From: an uncultured bacterium
Lineage (GTDB): Bacteria; Patescibacteriota; Minisyncoccia; Phycocordibacterales; UBA9973
DNA length: 43,031 bases
NCBI GenBank assembly: GCA_903895055.1
Contig: CAITSL010000035.1
Coordinates: 1-43,031 of the forward strand
Direction: 5' to 3'
The translations under genes were made by a program, and so were the position numbers. Of this stretch, positions 8,164 to 17,617 are shown piece after piece. The notes beneath the pieces are model-generated. The model worked only from the letters and a program-made list of their open reading frames with translations, searched no databases and was not told where the DNA came from. Within the stretch, counting starts at the first letter, position 1. Each line of letters opens with the position of its first letter.

Positions 8164-9376
8164 GAGCTGGATGAAAAATTTTTCCAAAAGAATCCCCCGT
8201 TTAGGCACCGAAAATGCCTTTTCGGTGATTGAAAAAGCAAAAAAGTTCGAAAGAGAAATATTAAAACCAAAAGGCAAACATTTGATCTATCTCCAAATCG
8301 GCGAGCCGAGTTTCAATACTCCCTCAAATATCAATCAAGCGACGATAAAAGCAATCAAAAATAATAAAACACATTACACCCCTACGCTCGGTATTCCAGA
8401 GCTCCGCGCGGCTATCGCGGAAAAAACAAAAGCGAGTACGGGAGTAAATTATCAAAAAGAAGATGTGCTCGTCACCTCCGGAGCCAAGCCGATAATTTTT
8501 TATACCGTAAATGCCCTGATTGACCCGGGCGACGAAGTGATTATCCCGAATCCGGGCTACCCGATTTACGGCTCGGTAACCGAATATCTAGGGGGAAAAG
8601 TGGTGCCCTTAGAATTAAAAGAAAAAAATAATTTCTGTTTGGATATAAAGGAACTAGAGAAAAAAATTACTCGCAAAACAAAACTGATTATTTTAAATTC
8701 CCCTCAAAATCCAACTGGCGCGGTTTTTGATGAAAAACTTATTAGAGACATCGCCAAAATTGCGAAAAAAAATGATTTATGGATTTTGGCGGATGAAGTT
8801 TACAACGAAATAATTCATAAAGGGCGTCATTTCTCCATTGCGAGTGTCCCCGGTATGGAAAAGCGAACTGTCCTTTTGAACGGAGTCTCCAAAACCTATG
8901 CCATGACCGGTTATCGGATAGGCTGGGGCGTGACGAAAAATAAAGAAATGCTCGCGACACTCGAACGGCTTGCCTGCAACGACATTTCTTGCGCCAATGC
9001 TATGGCTCAATATGCCGCGCTTGAAGCTCTTACTGGCTCACAAAAAGAGGTTGTATCTATGGTCAAAGAATATCGGAAAAGAAGAGATTTGTTGGTCCGT
9101 TTAGTAAATGAAATTCCGGGCATGAAATGTCACAGCCCCGAAGGCGCTTTCTATCTGATGGTCAACGTTGAGAAGATCTTAAAGAAACTTAAAATTAATG
9201 CCGAAGAATTGTGCGACCGGATCATGAAAGAAGCACATGTCCTTATTTTGCCCGGCACCGTTTTCGGCTCTTTCGGTGAAAATTTCGTTCGTTTCTCGTA
9301 TGTTTCCTCCCCCAAGGATATCAAGGAGGGTGTCTCTCGAATAAAAAAATATATTACTTCTGTGTATCGTGATTAG
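8162..9376 (+). CDS. class I/II PLP-dependent aminotransferase (aspartate aminotransferase-like)
   Basis: Has an NPQNPTG-type motif (SPQNPTGAVF) and the PLP-lysine motif SKTYAMTGYRIGW. The true start may be the ATG at 8171 (MKNFSK...) if the promoter call is right. Confidence 0.85.
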   Translation: MSWMKNFSKRIPRLGTENAFSVIEKAKKFEREILKPKGKHLIYLQIGEPSFNTPSNINQATIKAIKNNKTHYTPTLGIPELRAAIAEKTKASTGVNYQKEDVLVTSGAKPIIFYTVNALIDPGDEVIIPNPGYPIYGSVTEYLGGKVVPLELKEKNNFCLDIKELEKKITRKTKLIILNSPQNPTGAVFDEKLIRDIAKIAKKNDLWILADEVYNEIIHKGRHFSIASVPGMEKRTVLLNGVSKTYAMTGYRIGWGVTKNKEMLATLERLACNDISCANAMAQYAALEALTGSQKEVVSMVKEYRKRRDLLVRLVNEIPGMKCHSPEGAFYLMVNVEKILKKLKINAEELCDRIMKEAHVLILPGTVFGSFGENFVRFSYVSSPKDIKEGVSRIKKYITSVYRD

Positions 9377-10974
9377 TTTTCAACCAACCCAAGTTTTTCA
9401 AGTCTTGCACTTATCGCTCCCCTTTTTCGGCCAAACTCTTTCGCTAAATCTTTTATCTTAATATTTTTTGCGAAAAGTTTTCGCAACGTTTCATCTTCAT
9501 CCTTTTCCCACGGCATATATGCTTTCGGGAATTTTTTTCTGATTTCTTCAAAGCTTATCCCACTTCCATTTCTGTCTCTCCTTTTTCTTTTTGGGAGCTC
9601 GGCTCCCAAATTTACTTTTCCACCCATTGCTTGGATAAAATCATCATGCATCTTATCCAATTTTTCTTTTTCTACTTTTCCAAATACTTTTTCTGCTTCC
9701 TTTGATCCTTCTCGAAATTTTTTATCCTTCAAAAGAATCTCCGGATGCACTTTAAACGCTTTGTCGGAAAGCCCGAGGATATAAAGCCCGGAGAGTCGTC
9801 GTACTCGAGAAAGAGCCACATAGCCTTGCCCATATTCAAATACTTCGGACAAATCCATCACCGCAGAATCCATACTCATCCCTTGGCTTTTGTGCACAGT
9901 TATCGCCCAAGCGAGACGTAGTGGAACCTGCATTATTTTTGCACGAATTTTACCATTCTCCTCAACAATCCATTCCATCGGCTCAACTTCTATTTTGCGA
10001 CTATTTCTAGTTTTCACAATTGGATATTTTCGGCCAGCGGAAAAATCAATTACTGTGCCCAGGGTTCCATTTACAAATCCTTCTTTTTGATTATTTTTGG
10101 TGAACATTACTTCCGCTCCAACCTTAAGTTCCAAAATTTCGGGCGATAAACATCCTTTTTTCAAAACAGCCACGAGCTTATCATGCCCTTGGCTCGACAT
10201 TTCAAAAACTTCAACTTCTTTTTCAATCTTGGAAAGAGTTTCGATGTTCACCGAGTCCACATCAACATTGTGCGAGAAAAGTTTTGGCGCATTTTTTGGA
10301 AAATTTGTTTTTTCAATTTTTCGGGAAAGAATTTTCCCCAAATGATTTTTATTAAAAGTATTGGTTCGGATGGCCGAAAGAATAGAGAGAAATTCCGCGT
10401 CATCTTGACGATACTGTTCGGTAATATAGCAAACTATCGGTTTAGCGCTCTCCCACGCTCGAGAATCACAAGCAAAAATAGAATTATTTTCCGGCTCAAT
10501 AAGTATTGGTTGTAATTCTTTTTCTGTTGGTGTCTTTACAACCGGTGGCAATTGAAAAAAGTCCCCGACAAATACCACTTGTAATCCTCCAAAGGCGTCA
10601 TTATTCTGTTTCACTTCTCGACATACCGATTCAACCATCAAAAGGGTTTCGGCTGAAAGCATCGAGACTTCGTCAATCACCAAAACTTTCGCCCGACGAA
10701 TTCTTTTCGAAACATATTCATTGCTGGCAATTTTATCCAGGTCATATTTATCTAATTTATTTTTTATCCCAATGCCACTCCAAGAATGGATGGTCATCCC
10801 GCCAATATGGGTCGCCGCAATGCCAGTGGAAGCGGTAATAGCAACTTCCACTTCGTGATTTCGCAAATAATTTACATATTCATTGATGGTATATGTTTTG
10901 CCGGACCCGGGCTCTCCAGTCAGAAAAACATTCGCCCCAGTTTTTAAAATATCCAATGCTTCTTCTTGTGTCAT
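9373..10974 (-). CDS. PIF1/RecD-like SF1B DNA helicase with C-terminal HTH
   Basis: Walker A (GEPGSGKT), Walker B (VLVIDEVSML), FVGDFFQLPPV and ITVHKSQG are all present, with a helix-turn-helix-like tail (KDLAKEFGRKRGAISARLEKLGL). Confidence 0.8.
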   Translation of the reverse strand: MTQEEALDILKTGANVFLTGEPGSGKTYTINEYVNYLRNHEVEVAITASTGIAATHIGGMTIHSWSGIGIKNKLDKYDLDKIASNEYVSKRIRRAKVLVIDEVSMLSAETLLMVESVCREVKQNNDAFGGLQVVFVGDFFQLPPVVKTPTEKELQPILIEPENNSIFACDSRAWESAKPIVCYITEQYRQDDAEFLSILSAIRTNTFNKNHLGKILSRKIEKTNFPKNAPKLFSHNVDVDSVNIETLSKIEKEVEVFEMSSQGHDKLVAVLKKGCLSPEILELKVGAEVMFTKNNQKEGFVNGTLGTVIDFSAGRKYPIVKTRNSRKIEVEPMEWIVEENGKIRAKIMQVPLRLAWAITVHKSQGMSMDSAVMDLSEVFEYGQGYVALSRVRRLSGLYILGLSDKAFKVHPEILLKDKKFREGSKEAEKVFGKVEKEKLDKMHDDFIQAMGGKVNLGAELPKRKRRDRNGSGISFEEIRKKFPKAYMPWEKDEDETLRKLFAKNIKIKDLAKEFGRKRGAISARLEKLGLVEN

Positions 10975-12089
10975 AAAAGCATTATTTCTACGATTTCATA
11001 AGATGATCCAATTCGAAGCGGTGGCCCCCAGCCTCCAGCTCCGCTGGAAATATATACCAGCATGGACCCGTGATGTTTCAATCCATAATTAAAACCCTGA
11101 TACATTAATTTTGTCAGATAATTAAAAGGCCATTGTTGTCCATTGTGGGTATGTCCGGAGATTTGGAAAGAAATGCCGGCTTGCTTCGCGATATTTAAGT
11201 CTTTCGGTTCGTGTTTCAAAAGAATGGACGGCATATCTTTGTCAATTTTCAAATCTGCCAATATATTTTTAAAATCTTTTTTCTGAGAAGCGTTCAAATA
11301 GTCTACACCGATTATCTGCAATCCGTTTATCTCAACCATTTCATTATTTAAAACTTTAATTCCAAGTTTTTGTACTGCCGATATAAAAATATCAGGGTCG
11401 CCAAATTCTTCGTGGTTGCCGGTAATAAAAAACACTCCCTGCCGCGAAAAAAGGTTCTCGAGTGGCCCCGCAATGAGATATGGATCAGGCTTTTGTGAGC
11501 CATCATATAAATCACCCCCAATAAAAACCAAATCGGGCGAGAGAGAATTCGAAATTTGGGTAATTTTTTCGGCAAATTTTGCGCCATTGATCGGGCCCAG
11601 ATGCAGATCACTCATCCAGACAATTGTCTTTCCGTGCCACTCTTTCGGAAGATTGGGAAGAAGAATCTCTATTTTCTTTACCATAATTTTCCTCCCATGA
11701 AGAATCCCGTAAATAGATGTGATGATGGCAACTGAAAACAATAAAATCCCAACAATGTAAGAAACGTTAATAAAATAATTTACGAGAATGTAAATTAGCG
11801 ATGCGATAAAAATATATACGAACATCCCCATCCAGATTGAAGTAAAAAGATACAAAAAGCGGATAATAATATTCGAATAATATCTTTCAATCAAAAGCAT
11901 CACCATAAAACCGCCGGAAAAGATTAAAAAAACTAAACCGAGCAACAACGCTTCCCGGCCTATAATATTAAAAACATCAGAAAATGCCGAAAAAACTATG
12001 AAATTAAGTTCCAGCAGAAAAATAGAGACAAAAACAAAAAAACTGATGAAAGCCAGTAGCATGAATTTTTTCTTGATTTTCTGAGGCAT
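10971..12089 (-). CDS. membrane-anchored metallophosphoesterase (YkuE-like)
   Basis: Has about 5 N-terminal TM helices followed by the calcineurin-like motifs SDLHLG, GGDLYDG, GNHE and SGHTHNGQ. It overlaps the helicase start by 4 bp. Confidence 0.8.
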   Translation of the reverse strand: MPQKIKKKFMLLAFISFFVFVSIFLLELNFIVFSAFSDVFNIIGREALLLGLVFLIFSGGFMVMLLIERYYSNIIIRFLYLFTSIWMGMFVYIFIASLIYILVNYFINVSYIVGILLFSVAIITSIYGILHGRKIMVKKIEILLPNLPKEWHGKTIVWMSDLHLGPINGAKFAEKITQISNSLSPDLVFIGGDLYDGSQKPDPYLIAGPLENLFSRQGVFFITGNHEEFGDPDIFISAVQKLGIKVLNNEMVEINGLQIIGVDYLNASQKKDFKNILADLKIDKDMPSILLKHEPKDLNIAKQAGISFQISGHTHNGQQWPFNYLTKLMYQGFNYGLKHHGSMLVYISSGAGGWGPPLRIGSSYEIVEIMLL

Positions 12090-12107
12090 GGATTTATATT
12101 ATAAAAA

Positions 12108-12905
12108 TTAAGGGTAAGAAATATTTACGGGTATCCAATTTGGTTTCTGGGGACCCCAAACTTCATTATTTATATCTTCATATTTGACTACATCTTCTTC
12201 ACTTAAAAAATTGAGTTTCCTTATAACACTACTACCAGTATAAAACATATCTAAATAATCTGAATATTTCTTTTCAAAAATTTCATATGGTGGTAACTTT
12301 AACGTGACCTCTTTATTTAAGGAGTCGTTTTTAAGATTCTCTGTATTTTGCACAAATACCATTAGGCCATTTTGGGTCTTAAATTGCAGATTGTTTGGAA
12401 ATTGTTCCACTAATACCTGCGGTTCTAAAAGGAGTTTTGTAAAGTATTCATAATGCACTTTAAATACTTTATCCATTCTTTGATAGTAACTCAATGATAT
12501 AATTTCACTTTCTTTCTCTTCTTTTTGTGCTTCTTCTAATTTTATTTGTTGATCTATGTCATATTTTTTCGTCCATTTATAATTGAAAATACCAGCAACT
12601 TTGCGTGAAACATAACCGGCAGGCACTACCGTTAAAAGACCTAACGACATAAAAAGTAAAATAAAAGCAATCCAGTGATAATTATTTTTTTTAAAAAGAT
12701 AAATTAATGAAAATACTAAACCCAGCAAGCCTAACACTAGGTATATCATTATTGATATAAGGGTAACATCCCAAACCATTTTCCCACTCGTAGTAAAAAG
12801 ACCGTCACCGGGACCAACAATACCAAGCATATAACCAGCGACAAAAACTGCCAATAATTGAATTATTATTAATGATATTGATACTAACTTCCCCCTTCTC
12901 ATCAA
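12108..12905 (-). CDS. hypothetical membrane protein (3-4 TM helices plus a soluble C-terminal domain)
   Basis: A 265-aa ORF with a hydrophobic N-terminal third. I recognise no family motif. Confidence 0.45.
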   Translation of the reverse strand: MMRRGKLVSISLIIIQLLAVFVAGYMLGIVGPGDGLFTTSGKMVWDVTLISIMIYLVLGLLGLVFSLIYLFKKNNYHWIAFILLFMSLGLLTVVPAGYVSRKVAGIFNYKWTKKYDIDQQIKLEEAQKEEKESEIISLSYYQRMDKVFKVHYEYFTKLLLEPQVLVEQFPNNLQFKTQNGLMVFVQNTENLKNDSLNKEVTLKLPPYEIFEKKYSDYLDMFYTGSSVIRKLNFLSEEDVVKYEDINNEVWGPQKPNWIPVNISYP

Positions 12906-13013
12906 CTAAGCATACCAGGGTAAGGAAAAAATCACAATAAAATATTTTGAAAAAAAAATTATTGGGTGTCGTCGTGGAAGCTGTTAGAAATGAAATTAAA
13001 AGTTATCCACAGT

Positions 13014-13045
13014 AAAAAGCGTTAAGTAAATACTTAACGCTTTTT
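13014..13045 (-). terminator. intrinsic terminator of the Fic gene
   Basis: The sequence aaaaAGCGTTAAGTAaaTACTTAACGCTtttt forms a 10-11 bp stem flanked by A5/T5. It starts at the Fic stop codon. Confidence 0.65.
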
Positions 13046-14228
13046 ACTCAAAAATTGGCAATGTGCCTTGTTTTGCAAGCTTTAAATCAAGGGGTTTTTT
13101 CAGTTTTTTGCTCTTTTTATTAAGTCTTTTCTTAATTAGGATAGTCTCATCTGGCTCATCATCAGGGGCACCAAGTTTAAACCACATCGTTGACCCAATT
13201 TTATCTTCAATGAGAATGTGTGCCCTTCTAAGAGGTTCCAGTATTTGATGCACTCTCGGCTTACTGATATCTAAGTATTCTTGTAATTCACCGTAAGAAA
13301 CTTTTTCCCTAGTTGATAATAAAGAAAGAACTTTATTATGGTTTTCTGTTATTAGCCCTTGGCGACGAAGATGATCAACTCTGATATTTAACTGAAGTAT
13401 TCTATTGGTAACTTCTTTTATCTCTTTCATCTGAAATAAATAAGATTTAATAAAATAAGAAATCCAAGGAGTTAAATCTTTATCAAAATTCATAGAAGGA
13501 ATAGAAGGGTCACAAATGTTTGTAACTTCTAGGGTATCATAATAACTATCTTTATTCTTATTGTAATAACCAGAAAGCGCAAAATATCTTATTCCTTCTG
13601 ATTTCTTTTTTAATAACAAAAAGGTGGTTAAAAGCCTACTTACTCGCCCATTACCATCACAAAAGGGATGAATCCAAACAAACCAAAAATGACATATTGC
13701 TGCAGCGATAACAGGAGAAAAATTTTTATCTTTTGAGACTTTATTAAACCATTTAATAAATTCGCGAATTAAAAAACTTAAATGATCCGGGGGCGGGGCC
13801 TTATAAATGAGTTTACCTTTTTTGCCCTGTACCCCTCTTTGGTCAACCCTAAATTTACCAGGATACGAGTTTCTATCTCCTCTCGTAATCATTTCATGAA
13901 TTCTAAGAAGAAAATTATTTGTCAATTCTTCATTAATATTCTTTTTAATATATTGCAATGATTCATAATATCCCACGAACTCTCTTTTCTCCTTTTCACC
14001 AATTTGAATATTTTTATTGCCAACTGTAATTGCTTTTGCTTGGTCAAGCGTAACAACAGTACCTTCAACCCCAATAGAACTTACCGCTTCAGCAATACGT
14101 GCTTTACTTTCTAATAAAGAAGCCCAGTCAGAATTCATTCTTAAGACCTGTAAATAGCCATCGGTTTGGGAGACTAATTCTAAATTTCGTATGTCTTGAT
14201 ATTTTATTTTGTAATTTATTTTAAACAT
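13044..14228 (-). CDS. Fic family protein (class II, with N-terminal inhibitory motif and C-terminal winged-helix)
   Basis: The Fic active-site motif HPFCDGNGRVSR is at 13635-13670. The inhibitory-helix motif S-x-x-x-E-G (SIGVEG) is at 14061-14078. The start was moved to the ATG at 14228 because the tracked ORF (to 14276) overlaps tRNA-His. Confidence 0.85.
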   Translation of the reverse strand: MFKINYKIKYQDIRNLELVSQTDGYLQVLRMNSDWASLLESKARIAEAVSSIGVEGTVVTLDQAKAITVGNKNIQIGEKEKREFVGYYESLQYIKKNINEELTNNFLLRIHEMITRGDRNSYPGKFRVDQRGVQGKKGKLIYKAPPPDHLSFLIREFIKWFNKVSKDKNFSPVIAAAICHFWFVWIHPFCDGNGRVSRLLTTFLLLKKKSEGIRYFALSGYYNKNKDSYYDTLEVTNICDPSIPSMNFDKDLTPWISYFIKSYLFQMKEIKEVTNRILQLNIRVDHLRRQGLITENHNKVLSLLSTREKVSYGELQEYLDISKPRVHQILEPLRRAHILIEDKIGSTMWFKLGAPDDEPDETILIKKRLNKKSKKLKKPLDLKLAKQGTLPIFE

Positions 14229-14234
14229 ATTTTC

Positions 14235-14309
14235 TGGGGTGGTTATCGGGAGTTGAACCCGAACTAAAAGCTCCACAAGCTTCTGTGCTACCGCTACACC
14301 ATAACCACC
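14235..14309 (-). tRNA. tRNA-His (GTG), with encoded G-1 and encoded CCA
   Basis: Folded by hand. The reverse complement reads G-GTGGTTA...GAAGC-TTGTGGA-GCTTT...GGGTTCAACTCCC...TAACCAC-C-CCA. The extra 5' G pairing with C73 is the tRNA-His hallmark. Confidence 0.9.
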
Positions 14310-14394
14310 ATATTTACTTACTTACAAAAAACTTTTCCTCCGACTTACTAATTTATACCAGAAAAACGTTTTAAAATCTAGCTCTAAAAAAATT

Positions 14395-15873
14395 TTATTC
14401 CACTTGCACTTTGATATCGGTTCTTTCATTTTTTACTTTCAGGAAGAGAGCCAAAAAGGCTCCAATAAAAACTATGATCGCCGAAATAAGAAATACATCG
14501 GCATAAGCATTCACTTGCGCTTTCAAGGTAACCAGAGCGATAAATTCTTTAATGATAGCCGGATTGTGCGTTGTGATAGTGCTAAAACGACTTATTTTCA
14601 AAACATTACTTTCGGTAGAATTGTTCAAGATAGTGGCAAAAATCGCAATCCCAAAAGCGCCGGAAATATTTCGAACCAGGGCCAGGACAGAAGAAGCGAT
14701 ACCAATTTCATGTGGATCAACTACTGAAGCGATAATATTGGTACGCTGAGCCATACCAAAGCCCAAACCGAATGCCATAATAACGAGAGGGATGATCAAA
14801 TCAAGCGCAGTTGATTTTGGATCGATTCCGGTAAAGAGAAAGAGTCCGATAGCGGCAACCAAAGTGCTTCCAAAAATAATATAGCGCGCCTGGATTTTCC
14901 CGGTAAAACTTCCACCCAAGGGCGATGCAATCATCATGGCTACTGCCATTGGAATAAAAAGGAAACCACTTTCGGTGGCAGTATAGCCCAAAAATGTTTG
15001 AGCAAAAATCGGCAAAAGAAAAACACCTCCCATCATTCCCATAAAAACCACAAAATTATTCACTAAAGTATTTACAAATGCCGGAATTTTGAAAAATTTC
15101 AAATCAACAATCGGTTCGGGTGATTTTTGCTCTATCTTAATAAACAAGCCAAATAGTACTATCGTTACAAAATAGCAAACGAGAGCTGAGGGAGAAAGCC
15201 ATCCCCAATCAAGTCCTTTGTCGAGAACTAGCACTAAGCCCGAAAGTGACCCGCCTAAAGTCAAAGCCCCCCACCAATCGAAGACTTTGGTTTTTACTTC
15301 CGAAACAGATTCATTGATAAAGCGAAGCGCCATCAAGATACCCACGATACCGATCGGTAAATTAATCAAAAAAACCGATTGCCAACCAAAAATATCGATC
15401 AGTGGTCCACCAATCAAAGGGCCAAAGACCACCGCAGCGGCAAAAGAGACGGACCAGATACCGAGCGCTTGTGCACGCTCTTTCCCCTCTCTGAAAGTCA
15501 CCGCTAAGATCGCCATAGCAGTCGGATAGTCGGCGCTAGCGGCTATTGCTTGGATGACTCGAAAAACAATCATGGAAGACAAATTCCAAGACAAACTAGC
15601 CAGAACTGAACCCAAAATAAAAATAGAAAAACCAAAAATGTAAACTTTTTTTCGGCCAATAGTGTCACCGAGTTTCCCCCAAATAGGCACAAAGATTGCA
15701 TTGGCTAAAATATAGGCGGTGGCAATCCATCCAGCGGCTGAAACTGTGATGCCAAAATCACTGATTATTTTCGGCAAAGCCAAATTCACAATCGTTCCAT
15801 CCAGCCGTCCTAAAAAAGTCCCTATGATAACGGTGCCAAGTATCCACCAACGTAAATTATTTTGATTTACCAT
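14395..15873 (-). CDS. MFS drug:H+ antiporter, DHA2 (EmrB/QacA, 14-TMS) family
   Basis: 492 aa. Motif A-like GKLGDTIGRKKVY is present, with about 14 hydrophobic segments. It is last in a MarR-adaptor-adaptor-MFS operon. Confidence 0.85.
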   Translation of the reverse strand: MVNQNNLRWWILGTVIIGTFLGRLDGTIVNLALPKIISDFGITVSAAGWIATAYILANAIFVPIWGKLGDTIGRKKVYIFGFSIFILGSVLASLSWNLSSMIVFRVIQAIAASADYPTAMAILAVTFREGKERAQALGIWSVSFAAAVVFGPLIGGPLIDIFGWQSVFLINLPIGIVGILMALRFINESVSEVKTKVFDWWGALTLGGSLSGLVLVLDKGLDWGWLSPSALVCYFVTIVLFGLFIKIEQKSPEPIVDLKFFKIPAFVNTLVNNFVVFMGMMGGVFLLPIFAQTFLGYTATESGFLFIPMAVAMMIASPLGGSFTGKIQARYIIFGSTLVAAIGLFLFTGIDPKSTALDLIIPLVIMAFGLGFGMAQRTNIIASVVDPHEIGIASSVLALVRNISGAFGIAIFATILNNSTESNVLKISRFSTITTHNPAIIKEFIALVTLKAQVNAYADVFLISAIIVFIGAFLALFLKVKNERTDIKVQVE

Positions 15874-15882
15874 TTGATAGAA

Positions 15883-16569
15883 TTATTTTTTGTAGATAGT
15901 AATTTTGGCGGACATGCCCGGTTTGAATTCCGGATGGGATGCGATATCAAAACGGATTTTGACATTAAATTGCTTCACTGACCTTTTGTCGGAGATATTG
16001 AAAACCACTCCACTTTCGTCAGAAATCGGACTTATTTCTTCCACTACCCCCTGAAATTTTTTACTGCCAAAGGCATCTACGGTAAAAGTAGCAATTTGCC
16101 CGACTCTAACCTCGGAGAGTCCTTTATTCTCGTCTATTTGGCCAACAACTGTTTCGTCGTCAGGATTCACCATTGAAACCACCGGGATCCCTGGAGAAAA
16201 AACTTGTCCTTCTTCGTGATTGACCGAGACGATAATTCCTCCGACTTTGGACACAATAGTTTCATTGCCGACTTTCGCCACCTCGGTATTCGGCTCTATC
16301 TCCTCTCCAACATTCACATAAATCTCATTGAGAATCCCCGCCGTGGTTGGGGAAAGATTGATAATCGGAACATCAATAAAAGAATTATCTATTTTTATTT
16401 GATTGCTTAAGATTCTCCAAAATATAAAAATTACCAAAAGGACCGCAATAAGCACCATCCCCGTGACACTCTGCACCCAGGGTTTGGAAAAAATACTTTT
16501 TTTTATCTCTTCTTCAAGTTTTTTTTCGATATCTTCTATGTCTTCAATTATTTTTTTTTCTTCATTCAT
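15883..16569 (-). CDS. HlyD/EmrA-like adaptor, short form (TM, lipoyl domain, beta-barrel; no alpha-hairpin)
   Basis: The two lipoyl half-motifs (TAGILNEIYVNVGEEIEPNTEVAKV and GGIIVSVNHEEGQVFSPGIPVVSM) are only about 10 aa apart. A beta-barrel-like segment VGQIATFTVDAF...GVVEEIS...KPGMSAKITIY follows. Confidence 0.65.
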   Translation of the reverse strand: MNEEKKIIEDIEDIEKKLEEEIKKSIFSKPWVQSVTGMVLIAVLLVIFIFWRILSNQIKIDNSFIDVPIINLSPTTAGILNEIYVNVGEEIEPNTEVAKVGNETIVSKVGGIIVSVNHEEGQVFSPGIPVVSMVNPDDETVVGQIDENKGLSEVRVGQIATFTVDAFGSKKFQGVVEEISPISDESGVVFNISDKRSVKQFNVKIRFDIASHPEFKPGMSAKITIYKK

Positions 16570-16575
16570 TTGTTT

Positions 16576-17613
16576 TTATTGATTATTTATTTTTAAAATC
16601 ATGCTGATAACTCTCTGGTTAGCCGAGGCAATTTCTCCGACATTTAAATTTACCACTGTGATTAATCCATCTCCTGGGGCATAAATAAAATCATTCTTGT
16701 AAGCGCTTTCCGCCACCTGAAGCGCTCCCAAGACAGCAGTAACGTCTTCCGGCCGAGCAGTAGTTTGTTTCAAAACAAGAGCCGACTGTGCTTGGTTTAA
16801 GAAAGCAGTAGCGTTGGCAATTGTCTGGGTTTCCGTGGCGAGAGCATTTTGGTAAGCGTTTAGATTGGCCGTGTAACCGGGAGAGGCAGTATTTGGAATA
16901 CTAAGCATCCAGATAGTTCGGTCAACGGTATTCGAAAATTTAATAAAGAGTCCAGTATCCCCGATAGGTTGAGGTATTTCGGTACTCTCCATGCCAGTAG
17001 TTTCAATCAGGCCTGAAGTTTTAAAAGAAGTGCCACCAGAAGAATTGTAGGTATCAATAATAATCTGGCCTTCGGCATCCTTGAGATAAGTACCCGAAAT
17101 AACGGGAGGAGTTGCAGTGCTCAATCGATCATCAGTGGTGACAATAAAGCCAGAATTCAAAAGATTCTTCTTGGCATTTTTTACTAAAATATCTTGCTGT
17201 ATTTTTATCTGATCTAGTGCCACTTGGGCCGTTTTCACTTGGGCTTTGGCCACGTCTATGTCCGTGCTAGTGGCTCCATTTAAGACTTTCTCGTAGTTTG
17301 CTTTTGCGATTTCAAACGCCCCACTCACATCCGCAAAGTCTAGGTTTGCCAATATTTGACCTTTTTTGACTAAATCTCCAGATTTTATTAAAACAGCATT
17401 TACTCTGCCACTTTTTGGAAAAGCCAAATCAATTGTTTGACCATCTTCCCGAACCGTTCCAGTGGAAACGCCGGCTGTTTGGTTACCAATTTTATTTTTA
17501 GGAGCAAAACCGACAAACTGATAAACAAAAAATCCGGCAACCAGAGCAATCAAAAGCGTTATTGGAACAACAATTTTGGGGGATCCTATGATTTTTGTAA
17601 TTTTATTTTTCAT
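16576..17613 (-). CDS. HlyD/EmrA-like adaptor, long form (TM, lipoyl halves, long hairpin with insert; no beta-barrel)
   Basis: The first lipoyl half is SGRVNAVLIKSGDLVKKGQILANLD. Roughly 230 aa of helical and inserted sequence follow, then APGDGLITVVNLNVGEIASANQRVISM, and the protein ends there. Confidence 0.65.
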   Translation of the reverse strand: MKNKITKIIGSPKIVVPITLLIALVAGFFVYQFVGFAPKNKIGNQTAGVSTGTVREDGQTIDLAFPKSGRVNAVLIKSGDLVKKGQILANLDFADVSGAFEIAKANYEKVLNGATSTDIDVAKAQVKTAQVALDQIKIQQDILVKNAKKNLLNSGFIVTTDDRLSTATPPVISGTYLKDAEGQIIIDTYNSSGGTSFKTSGLIETTGMESTEIPQPIGDTGLFIKFSNTVDRTIWMLSIPNTASPGYTANLNAYQNALATETQTIANATAFLNQAQSALVLKQTTARPEDVTAVLGALQVAESAYKNDFIYAPGDGLITVVNLNVGEIASANQRVISMILKINNQ

Positions 17614-17617
17614 AATA

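Noticed and set aside
13003-13011. A perfect DnaA box (TTATCCACA), possibly marking an origin of replication.
   Set aside because: It is a single copy, with no cluster, no adjacent AT-rich unwinding element that I can distinguish from the background, and no dnaA or dnaN nearby. One 9-mer match in 43 kb read on both strands is compatible with chance.
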